From Rhodospirillaceae bacterium (GTDB lineage Bacteria > Pseudomonadota > Alphaproteobacteria > Rhodospirillales > Magnetospirillaceae), in assembly GCA_030151865.1 (NCBI GenBank), contig JASLCK010000007.1, forward strand, positions 137-64,136: a stretch of DNA of 64,000 bases, written 5' to 3'. Both the position numbers and the translations under genes were made by a program. Shown here in pieces: positions 58,972-64,000 of the stretch. Within the stretch, counting starts at the first letter, position 1. Each line of letters starts with the position of its first letter. The notes beneath the pieces are model-generated. The model searched no databases, was not told the origin of the DNA, and saw only the letters and a list, made by a program, of their open reading frames with translations.

Positions 58972-61163
58972 CCCTGTTCCAGCGGCTTGCCCGTGCCCGA
59001 GCCTTTCAACGGCAGCACGATGACAAACGTCGCCCCCACGGGAACCGTATCATCCAAATACAACCGACCGCCATGCTTGTTGACCACCACATCCTGGCAG
59101 ATCGACAAACCCTGGCCCGTGCCGCGCCCAACTTCCTTGGTGGTAAAGAAGGGATCGAAGATTTTTTCGCGGATTTCCAACGGCACGCCCGGCCCGCTGT
59201 CGGCGACGCGGATTTCCACCTTGCCCTCCAGCAATCGGGTCGAGATGCGGATTTGCCCCATGGTGGTTTGCTTCTTTGATTCGATGGCATGGGCGGCATT
59301 GACGATCAGGTTCAAGAAGACCTGATTGATTTCGGCCGGGAAGCATTCCACCAAGGGCAGATCGGCGGCCAGATCGGTTTCGACGGCGGCAACATGCTTC
59401 CATTCGTTGCGCGATACCGTGATCGTGCTGTCGATGGCCCGGTTGATGTCGGTCGCCACTTTGGCGGTGGTGCCGGGGTGGGAAAATTCCTTCATCGAGC
59501 GCACGATATGAGCGACGTGACTGACCCCTTGCAGCGACTGGGAAATCGCCTGGGGCAGTTCTTCCATCAGATAATCCACATCCTTGGCCTCGAACAGGGC
59601 TTGGGCGGCCTCGCCCTGGCCGACCTGCTCCAGAAGTTTCCGGGCTTCCTTCAGGGTTTCCCCCAGACTGCCGATGGATTGATCGGTAAAGCGCAAATTG
59701 TCGCCGACATATTGGATCGGCGTGTTGATCTCGTGGGCGATGCCCGCCGCCAATTGGCCGACCGTGGCCAGACGCGACGACTGCACCGCCTCGCGCTGGG
59801 CGGTCTTCAGGGCTTCGATGCTGCGGAACGACACCACCGCGCCGCGCCGTTTGCCTTCTTCCACCAGCGCCGCGACCGCATAACCGACACAGAGACGGCG
59901 GTTGTCGTGGGTCAGGAACACCGCATCGTCGTCGATCAGGGTTGCGCCGGTTTCCACCACCCGCACCATCGGACCATCCAGAAAATCCACCGGCTTGCCG
60001 TTTTGCATCACCCGCATGGTTTCATCCAGATCGGTGCCCGGCAGATGCTGGTCGTCCGAGACCAAAAGGCGATGCGCCGAAGGATTGGCGAACAGGATAT
60101 GGCCAAAGGTATCCACCAGGATCACGCCTTCGAACAGGTTCGAGGTGATGCCCAACAGACGGCCCTGGCTTTTGCGTAAGGCTTCCTCGGTCCGCGACCG
60201 CTGTTCGATTTCGGTCGACAATTTGCGGGTGCGTTCGGCGACCTGTTGTTCCAGGGCCTTTTGCTGGTCGGCGATGCCCGCTTCATAAAGCTTGCGCAGT
60301 GAGATATCGCGAAACACCAGAACGGCGCCTTCAAAACCATGCTCCTCGCGGATCGGGGCCAACATATATTCGGCAATGAACGATCCGCCGTCGGCACGTC
60401 CGAACATGCCTTCGCCGCTCTCCCCCACTTCGTCGAGGTCCGACAGCACCGGCAGAACGGCGCAAAAGTCATGACCGCACACCGCGTCGCGGAAATTCTG
60501 ACCGATCAGCGATCCTTCCGGCATGCCCAGCGCCTGATAGGCGGCACGGTTGGCGAACATGATCACTTCATCGCGATTGATGCCGAAGATGCCGTCGCCC
60601 GCTGCCCCCAGGATCAGTTCGTAACGCTTTTTCAGCGCCTCGACCTCTTCCTCGCGCTTGCGCAGTTCGGTGACATCGGTGCGGGTCGCCACCACGCCAC
60701 CATCGCGGGTGCGAAATTCCTTGCTGATGATCCAGCGCCCGCCGCTTAAGGGATGCAGGCGCGCCCGTCCGGTCGGGGTATCGTGTTCCTCCAGCAAATG
60801 CCCGATGAAGTCGCTCAGAGCCGGACCTTTATGGCAATAGATGCCGCGTTCCCCAGCCACCCGGGAAATATCGGAAAAGCTGTTGCCGGGGGTGATCACG
60901 TCCTCGGCCTCGGCGTACATGGCCCGGTATTGGGCGTTGCACACCACCAGACGATCCTGTTCGTCATAAAGGGCAAAGCCGTCACTGATGGTTTCAATGG
61001 CGTCCAGAAACTGCTGATGCGACCGCTGCATCTTGCGTTCCGCTTCGCTGGCGGCTTCGCTGAGCAGCAAACGTTGGCCTTCGCGGTGATCCGACAGCAT
61101 CGACACCACGTACAAGGCCGTGGACAGTCCGACCAGCAGCGCCACCACCCAATAAATCTGCAA
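58968..61163 (-). CDS. PAS-PAS-PAS histidine kinase body (TM2 onward) of an interrupted Cache/PAS sensor kinase
   Basis: Begins in a TM segment (IYWVVALLVGLSTALYVVSML), three PAS-like units, H-box AAGIAHEINTPIQYV, HATPase (NLIVNAAHAI, DSGPGVP, GTGQGLS); only a TTG is available as start and no RBS is seen. Confidence 0.75.
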   Translation of the reverse strand: MQIYWVVALLVGLSTALYVVSMLSDHREGQRLLLSEAASEAERKMQRSHQQFLDAIETISDGFALYDEQDRLVVCNAQYRAMYAEAEDVITPGNSFSDISRVAGERGIYCHKGPALSDFIGHLLEEHDTPTGRARLHPLSGGRWIISKEFRTRDGGVVATRTDVTELRKREEEVEALKKRYELILGAAGDGIFGINRDEVIMFANRAAYQALGMPEGSLIGQNFRDAVCGHDFCAVLPVLSDLDEVGESGEGMFGRADGGSFIAEYMLAPIREEHGFEGAVLVFRDISLRKLYEAGIADQQKALEQQVAERTRKLSTEIEQRSRTEEALRKSQGRLLGITSNLFEGVILVDTFGHILFANPSAHRLLVSDDQHLPGTDLDETMRVMQNGKPVDFLDGPMVRVVETGATLIDDDAVFLTHDNRRLCVGYAVAALVEEGKRRGAVVSFRSIEALKTAQREAVQSSRLATVGQLAAGIAHEINTPIQYVGDNLRFTDQSIGSLGETLKEARKLLEQVGQGEAAQALFEAKDVDYLMEELPQAISQSLQGVSHVAHIVRSMKEFSHPGTTAKVATDINRAIDSTITVSRNEWKHVAAVETDLAADLPLVECFPAEINQVFLNLIVNAAHAIESKKQTTMGQIRISTRLLEGKVEIRVADSGPGVPLEIREKIFDPFFTTKEVGRGTGQGLSICQDVVVNKHGGRLYLDDTVPVGATFVIVLPLKGSGTGKPLEQG

Positions 61164-61187
61164 ACGCCAGTTGGCGAAGGCATCCCA

Positions 61188-62003
61188 CTACGGAACGCCG
61201 GTCAACACCACCATGTTGAAATGCTGGGACGTCCGATAGGCGACAATATTGCTGGTGCCGTCAAAGGGGGACGGAAACACACCCACCCCGTTGGGCTCAT
61301 GGCGGATGACGCGGCGAAACAGCTCCCCATTGGCCACCGACTTGCCGATATGCAGATCCATTTCCGGGCTGCGCGCCAGGATCACCCCGTCGGAACGGAT
61401 CAGGGTATTGAAGCTGAAGTCATAGGTCTGCATCGTCCCCATGGCCTGGGAAATGACATCGGGCCGCAGTTGGGCACGGATAATACCGATCAGGTCACCC
61501 TGGCGGTTAAAGATCGCCTTGGACACCGGCAACCCGCGCGAACTGTCCAGATGGCTGATCAGCGGCACGCCGATATGCAGATCGCGGTCGCGGGGATGGG
61601 CCTGATGATAACGGAAATATTCCCGCTCCGACGCATCGATGGAATAATTGATGCGCTCATCGGCCGTCAAAGCGGGCGACACCACCCAGCCGTTGGGGCG
61701 GATCACGGCGATATTATTGACTTCCGGATAGGCTGCCAGACGGCCTTGCAGCCATGTGACCAGCACCGGATCGGGCCATGTGTCGAGATCGACGCGTCGC
61801 GCCACATCAGTCAACAGATCATCGACCGCCCGCAGGCTGCGTCCGGTCTGATAATCCAGCGCCGATGCCGACGAGCTCAACATCGCCTTGATGTTTTTGT
61901 CTTCGGAATAGTAACTGGTGAAAGCGTACAACGCCGCGAAAAGCGTCATCACGACAATGACGGCTGAAGCTGTCCTTTTTGCACTGCGCTGCAGGCTGGC
62001 CAT
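61188..62003 (-). CDS. N-terminal TM + double-Cache-like periplasmic sensor part of the same kinase, ending at an in-frame TAG
   Basis: N-terminal TM (AVIVVMTLFAALYAF), Cache-like periplasmic region; same reading frame as 58968..61163 (62003-61163 = 840 = 3 x 280), separated by TAG at 61188-61190 plus 8 sense codons. Confidence 0.7.
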   Translation of the reverse strand: MASLQRSAKRTASAVIVVMTLFAALYAFTSYYSEDKNIKAMLSSSASALDYQTGRSLRAVDDLLTDVARRVDLDTWPDPVLVTWLQGRLAAYPEVNNIAVIRPNGWVVSPALTADERINYSIDASEREYFRYHQAHPRDRDLHIGVPLISHLDSSRGLPVSKAIFNRQGDLIGIIRAQLRPDVISQAMGTMQTYDFSFNTLIRSDGVILARSPEMDLHIGKSVANGELFRRVIRHEPNGVGVFPSPFDGTSNIVAYRTSQHFNMVVLTGVP

Positions 62004-62196
62004 TGTGAAGCCCTCTCTTTTGCCCGCCCGGCCTCTCCCTGGACCGTTTGTTTGGCTTGATGGATTTCAGTGTAAAGGCCGCAAAGCCTTCCTCAAAGAG
62101 AGCGTCGGATAGACATTCACATCCTTTAGTCTCTCCCCTCTCTATCGAAAGGCGGAAAGCACCGTCTCCGTCGCGTGATTTTCCAGGGCATTGCCG

Positions 62197-62901
62197 TCAC
62201 CGCCAGCCGCCGCCGGTCATGCAGAACATTTCGCGCAGTTCGTCCAGGTTCTGACGGATGACGATCGGCACCGCCTGGGCGAAGCTGTCGAGGATGATCA
62301 CCGCATTGACCGCCACATCCTTGTCAAAGGCGGCGCGCATCCGCGCGGCCATACATTGATTGACGGCGCAAACCCGACGGCTGCTGGCTTGCAGTTCGTC
62401 CCAGACCGCTTCGTCGGTCGGGCAAGTGTGGTCGCGCAGATATGCGGACAGCAGATACATGGAAAACACCCGATAGAGCATTTCGTCGTCGCGGGCGAAC
62501 GGCAGGTGAAAGCGTGCCATCGGACGAAAGTAAGCCAGATGCGGACATCCCGATGTCGCCCCCACCAGCCCCATCAGTGAAGCCATGCCCTGCTGCAAGG
62601 GGCGTTTGGCGACCATGGTACGGTTCTTGGTGATCACCTCGATCACCGCTTCGTCATAGGAATAGAAACTGTCGAACAGTTCCACCAGACCGGCCAGCGC
62701 GCCCGCAAACGGACAGACCGGGCTCTGTTCGGCCGTCAGGGGACAGATCGGGCATTTATGGTTGTCCAGCGCGCACCACGCCGGAGCAGGGTCACTTCGA
62801 TGACTGATCAGGTCAAAGCTGACCGGATCAAAGTCCAGGGCGATGTCCTCGATCCCGCGATCGAGATGGAAACGATAGGTGATGCGTTCGAAAGCCGTCA
62901 T
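62197..62901 (-). CDS. Uncharacterised Cys-rich cytoplasmic protein (234 aa)
   Basis: Native codon bias; C-x6-C-x2-C-x9-C cluster (CALDNHKCPICPLTAEQSPVC) plus six further Cys; no TM; no motif recognised. Confidence 0.65.
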   Translation of the reverse strand: MTAFERITYRFHLDRGIEDIALDFDPVSFDLISHRSDPAPAWCALDNHKCPICPLTAEQSPVCPFAGALAGLVELFDSFYSYDEAVIEVITKNRTMVAKRPLQQGMASLMGLVGATSGCPHLAYFRPMARFHLPFARDDEMLYRVFSMYLLSAYLRDHTCPTDEAVWDELQASSRRVCAVNQCMAARMRAAFDKDVAVNAVIILDSFAQAVPIVIRQNLDELREMFCMTGGGWR

Positions 62902-63093
62902 GGAAAGCAGCCTTTCGATAAAAGGAACAATGCATCAGCCCCAGACCCAACCCAGAGTATTCGACACCATGATTTTAGGAACAAGGCCCCATGCGAAGAA
63001 TTTTTCAATTTCTTCACCATTTCCGCTGCGATTTGTCCTAACATCAAAGCCTTGGGCGGGGGCCCTAAGAAATAGAACAAGGTGTCTTGAGGG

Positions 63094-64000
63094 ATGTTGT
63101 CGCGCAGATCGGTCATCAAAGGACTGGCTTCGCTGGGTGCTGGCATGGGGGCTTTGTCGCTGGCGGGTTGCGCCGGGTCTGGTCCCAGCCGTTCGACCGC
63201 GCGCGCTTCTTTGGCGACCGCGCCGATGCAACCCTCGCCGCTTGATCCTTACGCCACCCAAACCTTGCCGCCCTATAACGGTCAGGGCCGCCCCAGGGCC
63301 ACCAACGGCCGGGTCATCAATCCCGGCGATCACGGCCTGGACGCCATTATCGACATCCACCACGCCAACAAGGTCGATGACTTTGCCCTGGCCCGCTATT
63401 CGGGCGGCATCATGGGCATCCTGCACAAGGCCAGCGAAGGCAACGACTGGTTCGACCCGCAATATGCGGCGCGTCGGCCCCAGGCGGTGCAGGCGGGTCT
63501 GCTGTGGGGGGCCTATCATTTCGGCACCCGCCAGCATACCGGTCAGGAACAGGCCGAAGCCTTTCTGTACGCCGCCCAGCCCGCCCCCGATACGGTGATG
63601 GCGCTGGATCTGGAAATGAACGAGCGCAATCCCGCTAATTCCATGACCCTGCAACAGGCCGAGGATTTCGTTTCCACCATCCTCAGCCGGACCGGACGTC
63701 TGCCGCTGGTCTATACCCAGCCGACCTGGGCCGATGGCGAAACCATCCGGCGCACCGGGCGCAGCCTGGGCGGGGCGATCACCTCGACCTCGATCCTGGC
63801 GCGCTGCGATCTGTGGCTGGCCGATTACCGCATGGACCCGGAAATGCCGCGCGGCTGGGCCGGGCGCAGTTGGCGGCTGTGGCAATATGCGGGCGACAGC
63901 AGCACCGGCGGCAGCGGCCCCTTTGGTCCGTTCTCACGCAGTGTCGCGGGCGTGGCCCGTTGCGACCGCAACGTGTTTCGCGGCGGGGCGGAAACCCTGG
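63094..64000 (+). CDS. GH25-type muramidase (lysozyme) with Tat-like signal and lipobox, 3' end beyond window
   Basis: Hand translation MLSRRSVIKGLASLGAGMGALSLAGC... (RR motif + L-A-G-C lipobox), then IDIHHAN...ILHKASEG...WGAYHF...ALDLE...LWLADY...WRLWQY, typical of glycoside hydrolase family 25; absent from the ORF track because no stop lies in the window. Confidence 0.75.
   Translation, partial: MLSRRSVIKGLASLGAGMGALSLAGCAGSGPSRSTARASLATAPMQPSPLDPYATQTLPPYNGQGRPRATNGRVINPGDHGLDAIIDIHHANKVDDFALARYSGGIMGILHKASEGNDWFDPQYAARRPQAVQAGLLWGAYHFGTRQHTGQEQAEAFLYAAQPAPDTVMALDLEMNERNPANSMTLQQAEDFVSTILSRTGRLPLVYTQPTWADGETIRRTGRSLGGAITSTSILARCDLWLADYRMDPEMPRGWAGRSWRLWQYAGDSSTGGSGPFGPFSRSVAGVARCDRNVFRGGAETL

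Noticed and set aside
1-64000. CRISPR arrays, IS elements/transposases, integrases, rRNA genes
   Set aside because: No regularly spaced identical repeats, no DDE/serine/tyrosine recombinase-like ORFs and no rRNA-like sequence were seen anywhere in the window. The only repeat set is the three 15-mers at 48174-48231.

Overview
High-G+C (about mid-60s % on hand-sampled lines) chromosomal segment of an alphaproteobacterium, Rhodospirillaceae-like by inference from gene content and protein sequences. Most of it is housekeeping. It opens with the tuf 5' end plus tRNA-Gly and tRNA-Tyr, followed by rlmB, cysQ, pgi and panCB. A complete microaerobic respiration block follows: fnr, ccoS-ccoI-ccoH-ccoG and ccoNOQP, with two FNR/FixK-type boxes. 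Further on are rlmI, def-fmt-truA, dapE/dapD, a LysR-yeiH pair, ffs (SRP RNA)-dnaX-ybaB-recR, ftsEX, plsC, ada-alkB, nrdJ (class II RNR) and a marR-emrAB-uspA efflux operon. Interspersed are signalling genes: a LuxR-type solo, a split Aer-like PAS + MCP pair, a stand-alone cNMP-binding protein, a hemerythrin, a PilZ protein and a PAS/GAF-GGDEF cyclase coupled to a DUF2336 protein. A dense two-component cluster lies at 54-63 kb. The stretches most worth a second look are: (i) a low-G+C islet right after nrdJ (48.1-50.6 kb) with a dGTPase-family HD hydrolase, a decayed PD-(D/E)xK nuclease remnant, three phased direct repeats and an unexplained ~360-nt terminator-capped non-coding stretch; (ii) the 56.5-62.9 kb cluster, where a Cache/PAS histidine kinase is interrupted by one in-frame TAG, followed by REC-HDOD and REC-degenerate-HD-GYP regulators and preceded by an uncharacterised Cys-rich protein; (iii) a low-G+C LuxR solo with a lux-box-like site and a small ORF downstream. 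No CRISPR array, transposase, integrase or rRNA was seen. All product calls rest on motif recognition by eye; no database search was run. Long ORFs antisense to recognised genes are treated as GC-driven shadow ORFs.
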